From positions 152,022,651 to 152,086,650 of the forward strand of contig NC_052159.1 of the NCBI RefSeq assembly GCF_902713615.1: DNA of 64,000 nucleotides, given 5' to 3'. The position numbers and the translations under genes are program-made. Below, in pieces: positions 50,056-62,660 of this stretch (position 1 is its first letter; each line of letters starts with the position of its first letter). The DNA is from Scyliorhinus canicula (lineage: Eukaryota). The notes under the pieces are model-generated. The model made no database searches. It was not told the DNA's origin and saw nothing but the letters and a program-made list of their open reading frames with translations.

Positions 50056-50944
50056 GCCATATCTGTAAAGCTTACGAAAAGATACAGGATAGCTCATGTT
50101 AACCACACGCCCAGCATAAGTCTATGTCTGCCAGCTCTGCGTATCATAAACCATGGGCATGCTCTCATCAATCGAAGAATATCTTGTTAGAAGTGAGGAA
50201 GGTGATTCCACCTTTGTTAGCTCAATCCTTTAATCCTTTCATCGTCCCTCAATCATGTGTTTCATTAAAAAAATCCCAAAGTAACACCGAATCAATAAAT
50301 CCATTCCACAGTAACCTTTAGCAAAGCCATGTTGGCCTGTCTGATCAGCTGACACTCAGTTAAGTTCTCAGCCACTTCATCCCCAATGACAGATTCCATT
50401 AATTTCCCTGAAACGAATGTCTTTTGGATTGTAAAACAATTGTTATGTCCCGTTAAAAAATTTGCTTCTTTCCAGTTCAAACCGCCACCCTGATCCTTAA
50501 TCCGGTCGAGATATAAATCATGTTGTGGATCTAATTTTTCTTCACCACCATCTACAATGGAGAATGGATGCTCTCTTTGAGATTATTTCATCAGAGCTTC
50601 CTTTCAATGCTGATAAACCCAAATTTCTATCATCTTCCCTCTTACCTCATTCCTTTCTGATTGAAGATCACTTTTTGTAAATTTTAATTAATCATTTATG
50701 GGGCTGTGAGTATCGCTGACTAGGCTAGCACTGATTGATGATCATTAATTGTCCTTGAGAAGGTGGTGGTAAGCTAGATTCTGGAATGGCTGAAGATTTC
50801 TGATGTATGTACACCCACGGTGTTGTGAGGAAGGGAGTTATTGTTATTGACCTTTGATACAACGCAGTGGCTTTTGAGGCTTTCTAGTCTCCAAGGGGGT
50901 TTCAGAGTTAGCCACATTGTGCTGAGCAGGCAGGAGTCACATCG

Positions 50945-51047
50945 CCCCTGAAGGAGGGTCATTCAGACTCAAAACGTTCACTTTGTTTCTCTCTCCACAG
51001 ATGCTGCCAGGCCTGCTGAGTTTTCCCAGCATTTTCTGTTTTGGTTG
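50945..51047 (+). mobile_element. Penelope-like 3' tail with degenerate hammerhead motif
   Basis: CTGAAGG-AGGGTC..GACTC-AAAACGTTCA followed by CTCCACAGATGCTGCCAGGCCTGCTGAG. Related tails at 42555-42650 (+) and about 16770-16856 (-). Confidence 0.55.
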
Positions 51048-51756
51048 CTGTAGGAGTCGCATGTCGAGGAGGACAGTAGACTGATTTCCCTGAAGGACAT
51101 GGATGAACCAGATGCGCTCGTATGATAATCAGTAGTTTCATGATCACCATTTCCAAGGCTAAAAATGGCGTCCCGATCTGTCGCTACACTGGGGAGTTCC
51201 GGCGAGTGGAGCTCCCCACTGTACCAAACAGGGCTACAAGCAGCCTCGGCCTCTCATTCCCCGTTCAGGCTCCTTATTCAACGCTAGTCGCATTGAATAG
51301 CCATGTGTTTCTCGGCACTGTGAGCTCCGGGAAACACGCGGCTAAGCCCGCTTGCGAGGGGACCTTGTCCTTTTGGGAGAATCATTCCCCGTGACCCTGG
51401 ATCACTAGTCCAGGTCCCTGGATTACCTGTCTCTTATCTGAAGCATCTAAAGACCTTAAAGGGTTCCCCGATATCTTGATGCCAATGTTTTATAATTTGA
51501 CTAACTACGCTATTATGTTGACTATAGAATTTGATGTTCATTTAGAATCTCACTACTTTCAAGATAAATAACCAGTTCCATGGGTAACTTTATGGAGTGT
51601 ATTTTTGATGCCACAGTACAATTGCAGAAAAGCCTTCCACAGCAAAATGCGTCATGGTGACTGGTCAAGCAAGATATTAACTTTCTGAAAGTAGGTTAGG
51701 TTCTGCTTTACTATTGTACATGCAGTTCTCATTTTTACTCCGGATAGTTGATGTAT

Positions 51757-52689
51757 TGTAGCCGCCTGGGGTGGCCACTGCCCAACACAAAATGGAAGAT
51801 TGCAAGGAATGCAGGGAAAATGGACATGTTGTAAAGCAAGCAGCTTGCAAAGCGCTTGTATATTCGGACTGCTGCAGAAACCAGTTTTGACTGCTGCAAA
51901 AACCAGACAGCACTGTGAAAAGAAACCAGTGAACATACTAATGAGGCGATACCGGGCGATCCCCAAATACAATGGAAACAAGTTAAACACAGATCGATTC
52001 ATTGAATGGAAGGCCAGACTTTTCGGTGCCAAAAAAGCCCAAAACAATAAGTCCCAAGAATCGCCCCAGTGACCAAGGAACTGCCCCATTATTGGGGGAT
52101 TCAAACATATCGATTGGGAAGAGACCCAATCGATTCCAAGCAGGTAAGGGAGTCCGCCCAAAGGGGCGCGGATCCCCGGGACCTATAAAAGACAGGTCCC
52201 ACACATGGATCAGTCTTCTGATCCAGTCCTCCAGCCCTTCTCTCTCTTTGACCAACACTCCTCCATGGACCAGCTTTTGCCAAAAAGACCTTGAATGAGA
52301 GAGAGAAGAGGGTTCGGACAGCAGCCGCCAACAAGTAAGTGCCTCACAACGATCGCTAACAGAGATAGGCACCCCTGACCCCTTTTTAACTTATACCAAC
52401 CTGAAGTCTGCAGACCAGAGCAGAGCAAGAGGCCTTGTTCCCTGACCCAGCAATTCCTTCGAGATAAGTATTAGTTTATTTAGCGGTAGGAATAAGTTTA
52501 ATCCTTTTAGCGTGTGCATGGGTATAATAAACTCAGTTGCTTGGACTTACTAATTGGTGTATAGTTTTATTGCTTTGAACTTCACCTTGAACTTGTGGCG
52601 GTGTCTTAACGATACCTAGCGACTCCAGAGCTAAGTAAAGAAACAGAGCCAAATTGAGTGTTAAGCACACTCACCCAGAACGACCAACA
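51757..52689 (+). mobile_element. ERV-like solo LTR (933 bp)
   Basis: TGTAGCC...CCAACA; 4-bp flanks GTAT/GCAT; CCTATAAAA at about 52182. Confidence 0.75.
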
Positions 52690-52699
52690 GCATTACTTT

Positions 52700-52948
52700 G
52701 TTTTATTTTAAAAACATTTTTAAAAATAAATTTAGAGTACCCAATTATTTAATTTTTTTCCAATTTAAGGGGCAATTTAGCTTGGCCAATCCACCTAACC
52801 TGCACATCTTTTGGGTTGTGGGGGTTAAACCCATGCAGACACGGGGAGAATGTGCAAACTCCGCATGGACGGTGACCCAGGGCCGGCATTTGAACCCGGG
52901 TCCTCAGCGCCCCAGTCCCAGTGCTAACCACTGCGCTACATGCTGCCC
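52700..52948 (-). mobile_element. HE1-like tRNA SINE
   Basis: Same type as 17545. Confidence 0.85.
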
Positions 52949-53031
52949 TCAGTTGATCTATTGTTAACCAGTATTTATATAAGGCGAATGCCTATGTCTG
53001 TGTTATTATAATATCTGAGAGTAGACATCTG

Positions 53032-53665
53032 GGGCGAAATTCTCCGACCCCCAGCAGGGTCGGGGAATCGCCTGGGGCCGCCGAAAATCCCTCCCCCGCC
53101 GTGGCAGAGATTCTCCGCCACCCGGGAAGTGGCGGCGGCAGGAATCTCACCACTCCGACCGGCGAGGCCCCTGCGGTGATTCTCCGGCCCGGATGGGCTG
53201 AAGTCCCGCCGCTGGGAGGCCTCTCCCGCCGCCGAGGTTTGAACCACCTCTGGAACGGCGGGATCAGCGGCGCGAGCGGGCCCCCGGGGTCCTGGGGGGG
53301 GCAGGATGCGATCGAACCCCGGTGGGTGCCCCCACGGTGGCCTGGCCCGCGATCGGGGCCCCCCGCTCAGACTCCGGGCCAGTGCCCTGGCGGCACTCTT
53401 TCTCCTTCCGCGACCGCCATGGCGGAAGCGGAAGACAACCCCACATCGCGCATGCGCCGGCAGTGACGTCAGCGGCCAGCTGCCGCTGACGTCACTGCCA
53501 AGCGTTGACCGGCGAAAGCCTTTCGGCCAGCCCCGCTGCCGGGGGTGTCGGTTTTTTGCGCCAGTCATCTGGTGCCAACCGCTCCGGCGCGGGGCTGGCC
53601 CCCAAAGGTGGGGAGAGTTCCCCACCTTTGGGGAGGCCCGGGTCGGGCTGAGTCGTTGGCGCCAC
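53032..53665. mobile_element. GC-rich Harbinger-like MITE (right end truncated)
   Basis: GGGCGAAATTCTCC with terminal hairpin; homologous to 25800-26288. Confidence 0.78.
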
Positions 53666-53924
53666 CCAAATTGGATGGGCACTTGAAGGGAAATAACCTC
53701 ACAGGGTCACAGGACAGTAGAGCGGGGGACTGACTGGATTACTCTGCAGAGAGCTAGGATGAGTTCAATGGGTTGAATGGCTTCTTTCGTTGCATCTCAA
53801 AATAAAAGTGTATCTTCAGATAAAGATGCCACATTATGACTTACAGGAATAAGCAACGCAATAAGGAATGTTTGGAAGGACAGGAAAGGACTAAATGCTT
53901 GGATTTGACATTCAACAACCAGCA

Positions 53925-54238
53925 GGGCAGCACGGTAGCACAAGTGGATAGCACTGTGGCTTCACAGCCCCAGTGTCCCAGGTTCGATTCCCCGCTGGGT
54001 CACTGTCTGTGCGGTGTCTGCAAGTTCTCTCCGTGTCTGCGTCGGTTTCCTCCGGGTGCTTCAGTTTCCTCCCACAATCCAAAGCTGTGCTGTTATGTGG
54101 ATTGGCCATGATACATTGCCCTTAGTGACCAAAAAAGTTAGGAGGGGTTATTGGGTTGCGGGATAGGGTGGAAGTGAGGGCTTAAATGGATCGGTGCAAT
54201 CTTGATGGGCCGAATGGCCTCCTTCTGCACTGTATGTT
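53925..54238 (+). mobile_element. HE1-like tRNA SINE with CR1-type tail
   Basis: Same type as 20490. Confidence 0.88.
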
Positions 54239-54783
54239 CGAAGGCCTTTTTAAAGAATTAATTTATGGGAAGTGGCCATCGCAGGCTGGACAAGCATTTA
54301 TTGCCCATCCTAATTGCCCTTGAGGGGGGCAGTTAAGAGTCAACCACATTGCTGTGGATCCGGAGTCATATGTAGGCCAGACCCCGTAAGGACAGTCGGT
54401 GTTGAGTTGATGGGCTGAATGGCCTCCTTCTGCACTGTAGGGATTCGATTCTGAGCTTAAAGAGGAATTTCAGGGGTAAGGGCAGGAAGCTTGGTGCATT
54501 TCCTCCAGTCGCTCAATGTAAAACATGGTTCAAGATTTGCAACATTGAAATTTAATACTGCAGCAGTCATCTTTGGCATATAATTTTGTATGATTCTGAC
54601 GGAGATTAGCAAATTTAAGCGTTATCCTTACAACCAGAATGCTGATGAATTAGTTCTCAACGTAAATCAAAATTGAGAACAAGGAAAGTGCCTTTCTGAC
54701 CCTTTGTTCTTACTACCGCTTTTAAAAGCAATGTCGTTCATATTGTTTCTTTTAAAATTTTCACTCGGTCTATAGGAAATGTG

Positions 54784-55472
54784 GGGCGCGATTCTCCGAC
54801 CCCACGCCGGGTGGGAGAATCGCGGGAATGCCGGGCGAATCACGCCACGCTGCCCTGGCACCCGCACGCGATTCTCCCCCCCCCCCCAAAACGGCGTGTC
54901 GCATTTTGCGACTCCCGCTCGGAGAATCGTCGCTCCGGTCGAGCGGCGATTCTCCGGCCCGGGTGGGCCGAGCGGCCTGCCGAACCCGACCGGTTTACGC
55001 CGGCGTCAAACTCACCTGGTCGCTGCATGCGTGAACAGCACGCGACCGCTGCCTGTGGAGCCTGTGGGGGGCGGAGGGAGAATCGAGCACCGGGGGGGTG
55101 CTCAGGAGGGGTCTGGCCCGCGATCGTGCCCACCGATCATCGGGCCGGTGTCTCTGAATGACGCACTCTTTTCCCTCCGCCGCCCCGCAAGATCAATCCT
55201 CCATGTCGTGCGGGGCAGCGGAGGGGAAGATGGCACCGGCCTACCTGCGCATGTGCGGGCGACATCATTCAGGCGCCGCTGGCCACGTCATTCAGGCGGC
55301 GCCGCTTTGACATCGGCGTCAAGGCCTGGCGCACGAGATTGACGCGCCGCCGCTCCTAGCCCCCCGGGGGTTGGAGAATAGGGGGCGAGGAGCGGCCTCT
55401 GACGCCGGAGTGAAACACTCCGGGTTTCACTCCGGAGTCGGCTCTTTGTCTCCCTTTGGGAGAATTTCGCCC
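54784..55472. mobile_element. GC-rich Harbinger-like MITE
   Basis: GGGCGCGATTCTCC / GGAGAATTTCGCCC. Confidence 0.85.
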
Positions 55473-57095
55473 AGTCTGCTTTGTACCAGAAATATTTTAT
55501 TAAACTAGTTAAATAAAGCGCAATTTTCCACTTCCAACTTACCTGCAACCTTTCCATTGAGTTGATTCTGTAATATATCTCACTTATTGAATGCCATTTA
55601 AAGTGTATTTTTAATTTTAATTTTACAATCTAGTTGTGCTGGTAATTGTATCATAAACTATTTTATGAATTTCTGTAATTGGGGACATTTGTTTCACATG
55701 TGGCAAAATATTTGTGGGGAGAATTGTGCCTCATTATGGCTCAAACAGCGCAAAATATATTAAACTATATTTCAAGTATATTAAAAAAAGAGGGTCAGTA
55801 ACCAGAGAGCATAGATGTAAGAGAATTGGCAAGAATTAATGTTGGGGAGAGGGCAGGGAGGTGAGAAATCTTTTTTCCCCACCCCGGGACTCTTTATGAT
55901 CCGAACTGTGTTGTTTCAAAGGGTAACGGAAGAAGATTCGAAAAGAACCTTCAAAAGGGAATGGATGTATACTTAACAAGGAAACATTTTCAGGACTGTG
56001 GTGAAGGATGTGTGGGGGTGGTGGTGGTGGGGGGTGGTGACAGGCAGAAACCTGAATGATTCTGTCCTACTTACACAAGAAAAGACGCAAGGCTTCTCAA
56101 CAGCTCCCGAGGCGATTCCAGCAGCGTCAATATACACAACGATGTGTGGGAATTCGCTTGAAAATTCCAGTCGCACTAGAAATCGCACGATATGGCTTCC
56201 CGTGAGGGACTTGGAGCCTGAACTGGCGCTCATGTAGCCAGCTGTATTTGTTTTCAATCCAAGTGATATCTCATGGAGATCATCCCTTCATGGGTGTGGT
56301 GCTGCAGAATAAAGATCCCTTGGAAATTCAGTGGGGATGCATCAAACTGTCAAACTATGTCTGGCCCTACCCTTAACCGTGACATTCTGTGGCAGGCAAA
56401 GAGTGAAGGAGGATCCTATTTGGTCCTGGATTTAGTGTGGGACCTACCCTTCTGATTTTAACCTGAAATCAAGCCACCCCGTAACATGGCATCGTGGATC
56501 AAAAGCCATGTTGGGATCTTCATGATAATTGGCAGGCCATTCTTTCATCATGGGATCTTACACCGTGAAGGCTTTGTGACTCATCTCACTCCAATGTGCT
56601 GCACAAGGGGGTTCTGCATTGCTGGCCTTCGGATAACACAGTAAACCAATCATTCATCTGCTGTCTCGAGCGGCTTGAAAAGATCCCATGGCACTGTTTC
56701 CCAGAAGAGCAGAGGAACAGTCCCCGGTGTCCTGGCCAGTATTTATCCCTCAATCAACATGGCAAAAACTTATTTTGTGCTGATTCTCACGTTGATGTGT
56801 GGGGGAGCTTGGTGTGAAAATCATTTGCTGTATTTATCTCACTGGAACAGTGAGTACACTCCAAGAATACTTCATTGGCTGTGTAGTGCGATGGAGTATT
56901 CTCTGGGTGTGCAAGTCATTATATCAATTAAATAATATTTCCTCATGGCGCAATTTGAAGAGCAACAGGTGAGTTACCCTTTTCCAATGAACATTTATCC
57001 CTCAAAAGCCCTGCATTGATGCCCCAGTTATCAAAGTTATTGTTCTTTTTGTACAAACTGTTAACCACATTGGCTGACTTTGTAACAGTTACAAT

Positions 57096-57714
57096 GGGCG
57101 CTATTCTCCCCCCCCCCCACGCCCGACCCACGCCACGAATCGCCGCTCACCGATTTTTACGGCGAGCGGCGATTCTCCGAGGCCGATGGGCCGAGCAGCC
57201 GGGCCCTTCACGCCCATTTTACCACAGCAGCAAACACACCTGCTTGCTGCCATCGTGAAACGGGCGCCAGATGCCAGTTTGGGGCATGTAGAGGCCCGAT
57301 TGGCAGCACCACGACTGTGCTCGGGAGGGGACAGGCCCGCGATCGGTGCCCACCGATCGTCGGGCAAGCGTCCAAAACAGACGCACTCTTTCCCCTCCGC
57401 CGCCCGGCAAGATCAAGCCGCCACGTCTTGCCAGGGGGCTGAGGAGAAAGACGGCAACTGCGCATGCGCGGGTTGGCATTGTCCAACCTGCGCATGTGCG
57501 GCTGACGACATCGGCCGCGTCAGCCGCCGTGATGCTTGACGTGCGGCCTTGATGACCGTTGTCAAGGCCGCGCCGCCGTGACGCACGGGGCCGCACTCCT
57601 AGCCCCGCCCGGGGGGGAGAATCGGCCCCGGAAGTGGCCGTGAAGGCTGCCGTGGGTCACGGCCTGTCCCACGGCAGCCTTTACGATTCTCCTCATTTGC
57701 GGAGACTCTCGCCC
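57096..57714. mobile_element. GC-rich Harbinger-like MITE
   Basis: GGGCGCTATTCTCC / GGAGACTCTCGCCC; flanks AAT/GAT. Confidence 0.8.
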
Positions 57715-58336
57715 GATATTTCATTAGCGATTACTTGTCTCTTGGGAAAATGAAAAGCCCCAGATAAATACAATCTCGTGTTTTCTTAAATTAAGGTTGC
57801 TTGATTGATTGATTGATTTGATTTATTGTCACATGTACCAAAGTACAGTGAAAAGTATTTTTCTGCCAGCAGTATGAGAAAGGCAAAGCACTTTCCCGGA
57901 GGATTTTTGGTTGGAGAGCATTAAGAATTTTCAATGTTGTTTTCAGCAAGCCATTCACAAAAATTGTTTGAAGCTTTTATTGGTCCATCATTTATCGGAT
58001 TATTTTAAACTTTATTTTTTTTGACGTGCGTGAACGTGCTGTTAGCATGAAACCATAGCACAGCCCAATTGGCCAGTGAAGCAGATCATCTTTCAGACAG
58101 CTTTGCTTGCCAATGCTCATGGCTGTTGCAGAGAACGTGCAAGGGATGGTCGTATAAAAATGTAAATGTATGAAAATAGTTCCATTATGAGACTACGGGA
58201 AATTTGGTTTCTGATATTATGATGAACATTAAAGGATAGCTGTGATAGGCTTGTAAGGAAGGGCATTCTTTTAAATCTGGGCTGCTCCATCCACCGTCAC
58301 TCCTATACAATCACTGGTGCTTTCAGAAGATACAAT

Positions 58337-58966
58337 GGGCGGGATTCTCGGAACCCCCGCCGGGTTGGAGAATCCCCGGGGGTTGGCGCGAATCCCGCCC
58401 CGCCACCCCGACGTTGGCTGCCATATTCTCCGGTGCCATTTTTTGGGCGGGGACGGGATTCCCGCCGGGCTGGTCGGGGGTCGTTGGCAGCGCCCCCCCT
58501 GGCTATTCTTCAGGCTCTGATGGGCCGAGCGGCCGTCCATTTTTGGCCAGTCCCACCGGCGTGGATTACGTATGGCCCCACACAGCGGGACCTGGCATGT
58601 AAGTCGGCGGGGGCAGTCCTCGGGAGGGGGGGGGGGAGTGGCATGGTGGGATCCGTGGCCTGGCCCGCGGTCAGGGCCCGCTGATCTGCAGACGGGCCTG
58701 TTCCGTGGGGGCACACCTTCCTTCCGTGCTGGCCCCTGTAGGGCTCCGCCATGGCCGGCGCGGAGAAGAGAACACCCTGCGCATGCGCCAAAATACGCCG
58801 GCTGGTCTGTGCATGCACAAGATCACGATGGCCATTCCGCGCATGCACGAACCCGCCGAGACATGTGAGAATTCCTCGCCTTGAGGGCCCGTTGACGCCG
58901 GAATCATTGGCGCTGGTTTTCCCATCGGCGTGAGGGCTTAATGCCCGGAAAGGAGAATCCCGGCCC
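58337..58966. mobile_element. GC-rich Harbinger-like MITE
   Basis: GGGCGGGATTCTC / GGAGAATCCCGGCCC; flanks AAT/AAG. Confidence 0.82.
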
Positions 58967-59181
58967 AAGGCTCTCTGATTGTTTAAAAAGAGCGAGAAGC
59001 TGACCAAAGAAAGGAGAGGTCAGGGAGATTTGCTTGCACCAAGGGTGAGGTTTGCACAACCACCATTACCTCAGAACCGGTACATATAATCTGAGGCACA
59101 AATACCTGAGAATATTAAAGGAGAAGTGTCCTCGTAGATTCATGTTCAATAGAGTTGTAGTCACGTACTTATTCCATGGAC

Positions 59182-60075
59182 TGTTATTACGATCCCAGAC
59201 CAGATCCAAACATTGGCTCGGATACTGGACAGAAACTGTGCGGAAAGAATAATTTGCTCTTGGAGTGATTGCATGAAGAAATAGGGTTTTGGTATTTTTA
59301 AAACTAACCTTCATTATGAATACAATATCAATTTTTTTAACTTCATACCCAAAAAGAACAGCTTACAATTACACTACTACTCAATTTCCCATTAAAGAAC
59401 AAGAAATATACAGCTCTCAATCAATCTTAAAAATCAGCATGACAGAGTAATACTTGCATCACAGAACAGATTTAGACTCCTGTCAGAACTCCTTCAGACT
59501 CTGGCTGAATATCTTCAAAACAAGCTGGTTTACCTGGCATGTTCAGCTTCTTCCTTGTCCCCAGACAAGACAGTACCACTTTACATATTACTTTTCTGTG
59601 ACTGTCTTACTGTGGGAGAATTATGCACTCAACATCAGGCAGATCAGAATTCACCTCCTCTCTCCAAATCTTTCTCCAATAACTACCTCTGCAAAGCTTT
59701 TCAAAAAATATCTCTTTAAAGCTTTTCAAAATGTCTCTCTGCATTCTTTGGCTCTACCCAGCAATGACCTTGGCTCTATCCAGCAATTACCTCATCTCCC
59801 CAAGCTAAAACCAAATTAACTCCGCAGGCTGCATAGCGCATTGACACTCCAGGGACTTTCCCAGTCAAACCACAGTCCATTATCCCAGACTGAAAAACAC
59901 ATTCCATTGTCAATTTCACCTTCTGGCTCCTAAAAACACCCAGGCCCTGCAAAAGAGAATTATTTTAAAACAAATATGACCGCTGCAGTCAAACGCACTA
60001 TTCCCCCAGGCATTTAACCCTTAAATTGCTAAAATACTCCGAATCCAATATTCATAAAGTTTTCCAGTTATCACA
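59182..60075 (-). mobile_element. Possible degraded LTR
   Basis: TG..CA-bounded block with LTR-like composition; TSD not confirmed. Confidence 0.35.
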
Positions 60076-61109
60076 TTGCACAGAGATGACTTCTACAACA
60101 AAAGGTCACTGCATCATAGACAAGATCATCACCTTTCTTAAAATGTACGCTAAATATACCAAAGATCTTTCCAGGATACCTCAGGGATCATCTTCATTGT
60201 AAGTTATTTTACTGATACATCAAGAAACTGGACAAAACATTTGTTCAATGGGGCAAACCAACTTCATTATTTCTCCACAACAAAGTGATAGTAGCAGTAC
60301 TGAGTATGACACAGCTTGGAGGGAAATACTACTTTGTTTTGAGTGACAGTTGTATAATATGTGTTTTTCTTTGATTTGGTTTTTCAGTGCCCTTGTATTT
60401 ATTTGGACATGATTAAGAGGTATTAAGATGGTTACATTTTTGATGTTGATTCTATAAATTGTGTGTGAATGACATACTTTTGAAGTTATAATGTGAGCAG
60501 TTCATTCAAAAGGGGATTTTCAAAACTGTTTGATTGTTTAATCAGTTTTCGGAGCATTTCAAACATTTTTCAGACATATCAATGATGCTGGTTCTGTACA
60601 TGGTGGATACTGGATGCGTGTGTGAGAAGAATGCATTGGAGGGGGCATGGTGTTACAGGAGGGATGGAAGGGGCCATGGGGGTATGGAGCATGGAGGGGG
60701 CATGGAGACTTAAGGGGGAATGGAGGGGGTGTTTGATTATAATAGAAAATTGGGGGACATGTGAGTGAAGGACTGAAGGAAGGGTGCATGGGGATAAGGT
60801 GCTGTAAGATTCAAAGATTCTATAATTAATGAGGTGGTGTGAGCTAGGGTGCTGAACAACCATGCAGCGGACTGGACCTTTGTCCCAAATAATTAAGGCT
60901 GGATTTCATTGGGGTGTATGGAGTGAGGCACTGCGAAGGGTAAACGGGACCTCCTCTTGTGCAAGGATGAGCCTGATACAGATGAGAGCATTGGAGGCTA
61001 CAGACCTTCCTCTATGCTGTAACATTCAAAGATTCTAGAATTATGAAGCCATCCACCCAGTACTTTAGCATGACCACCACAGTCTGTGATATTCTCTCTC
61101 ATTCAACAG

Positions 61110-61600
61110 ATTGCACAGTGGCACTGCGGCCTCACAGCTCTGGGGACCCAGGTTTGATTCTGCCCTTGGTTGACTGTCTGTGTGGAGTTGCACATTCTCC
61201 CCCTGTCTTCATGGGCTTTCTCCAGGTGCTTCGAGAGTCCAAAGATGTTCAGGTCAGGCGGATTGGCCATGCTAAATTGCCCCTTAGTCTCCAAAGACGT
61301 GCAGGTTAGGTGGGGTTACAGGGATAGGGTGGGGGAGTGGGCCTAGGTACTGGGGCTGGTTTAGTACAGTGGGATAAACAGCTAGCTTGTAATGCAGAAG
61401 TAGGCCAGCAGCGCGGGTTCAATTCCCGTACCGGCCTCCCCGAACAGGAGCTGGAATGTGACGACTAGGGGCTTTTCACAGTCACTTCATTGAAGCCTAC
61501 TTGTGACTATAAGCTATTATTATTAGGTAGGGTACTCTTAGTAGGGTTGGTACAGACTCAATGGGTCGAATGGCCTCCTTCTGCACATAAGGTATTGTAT
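61110..61600 (+). mobile_element. HE1-like SINE with a second SINE nested at 61350-61523
   Basis: The insert is flanked by TAGGTA at 61344-61349 and 61524-61529. Confidence 0.85.
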
Positions 61601-61789
61601 GGATTTGGTTGTTGCCAAATGCTACAAGTGGATGATTCCTTTCTTGTTCCTGCCTTAGCCAACAAAAACAGAGAGATATCTCCAAAATTCCTAAAGATAG
61701 GACAGCCTAACATTGTCAACGTTCAGTTTACTTCATTGCCAGTTAGTGCGATTGAAGTGGTCAGTGCAGTGGATCAGGAAAGGTCAGGT

Positions 61790-61982
61790 ATTTTTCCAAT
61801 TAAAGGGCAATTTAACGTGGTCAACTCACCTATCCTTCCCATCCTTTGGGTTGTGGGGGTGGGACCTATGCAGACACGGGGAGAATGTGCAAACTGCACA
61901 CGGGCAGTGACCGGGGCCGGGATCGAACCCAGGTCCTTGGCACCGTGAGGCAGCAGTGCCAACCACTGCACCAGCATGCCGT
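61790..61982 (-). mobile_element. HE1-like tRNA SINE
   Basis: Core and head on the minus strand. Confidence 0.82.
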
Positions 61983-62660
61983 CCAGGAAAGCTAACATTT
62001 ACGAACCATCCCTGCCATACGTTTGAGACTTTGAGATGAAACTCCAATTAAATCCCTTGTGTTGTAGTGCTTTCTGTAGATTTATTTTGCAAACATACAA
62101 AAATGCTGAACATATTCTGATGAAATTCCTGTTCATCATTTCGATGGAGGCTACCCCATTTAGAAGAGCACCTTTGCATGTAGCAGTGTAACACCATTGG
62201 CTGGTGTGATGTCACGTGTCACGCAATGACATAACCGGCGTGGCTCATGGGCTTTTGTGGCGTTCACTACTGTTCCCTGTTTGAGCAGCACCTTGTAAAT
62301 AAACCTCGTGCATTATGTTATACAAATGCAACGTGTGCCATCTCTGATTATTTTTATGGCTACGAAAAAGAACATAACAGAAGAGAAACTGGCAACAGGA
62401 TCTAGGCCAAAACGAAAAGCAGGAGAAAAACAGCTTTCGCCACCGATTTTTATGAGCTAGAGTATACGAATCATCGATAGAGATTCCCCTATTCACCACC
62501 GGGGGTGAGGTCAGGAGAAATATCATTGACTTCCGAGGTGAAATCATCATTGTGGCATGTAAAAATAACTCTCAATGAAGTACTCGGAAATCATGCAGTT
62601 TGCAGCAGGCATCAGCAAATCATCCGGTCGTTCACCTCAGCCGTTGGTGCAAGAGAATGG

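Noticed and set aside
62356-62460. 34-aa ORF MATKKNITEEK... after the motif cluster
   Set aside because: Too short, no recognisable homology and no convincing in-frame splice donor.
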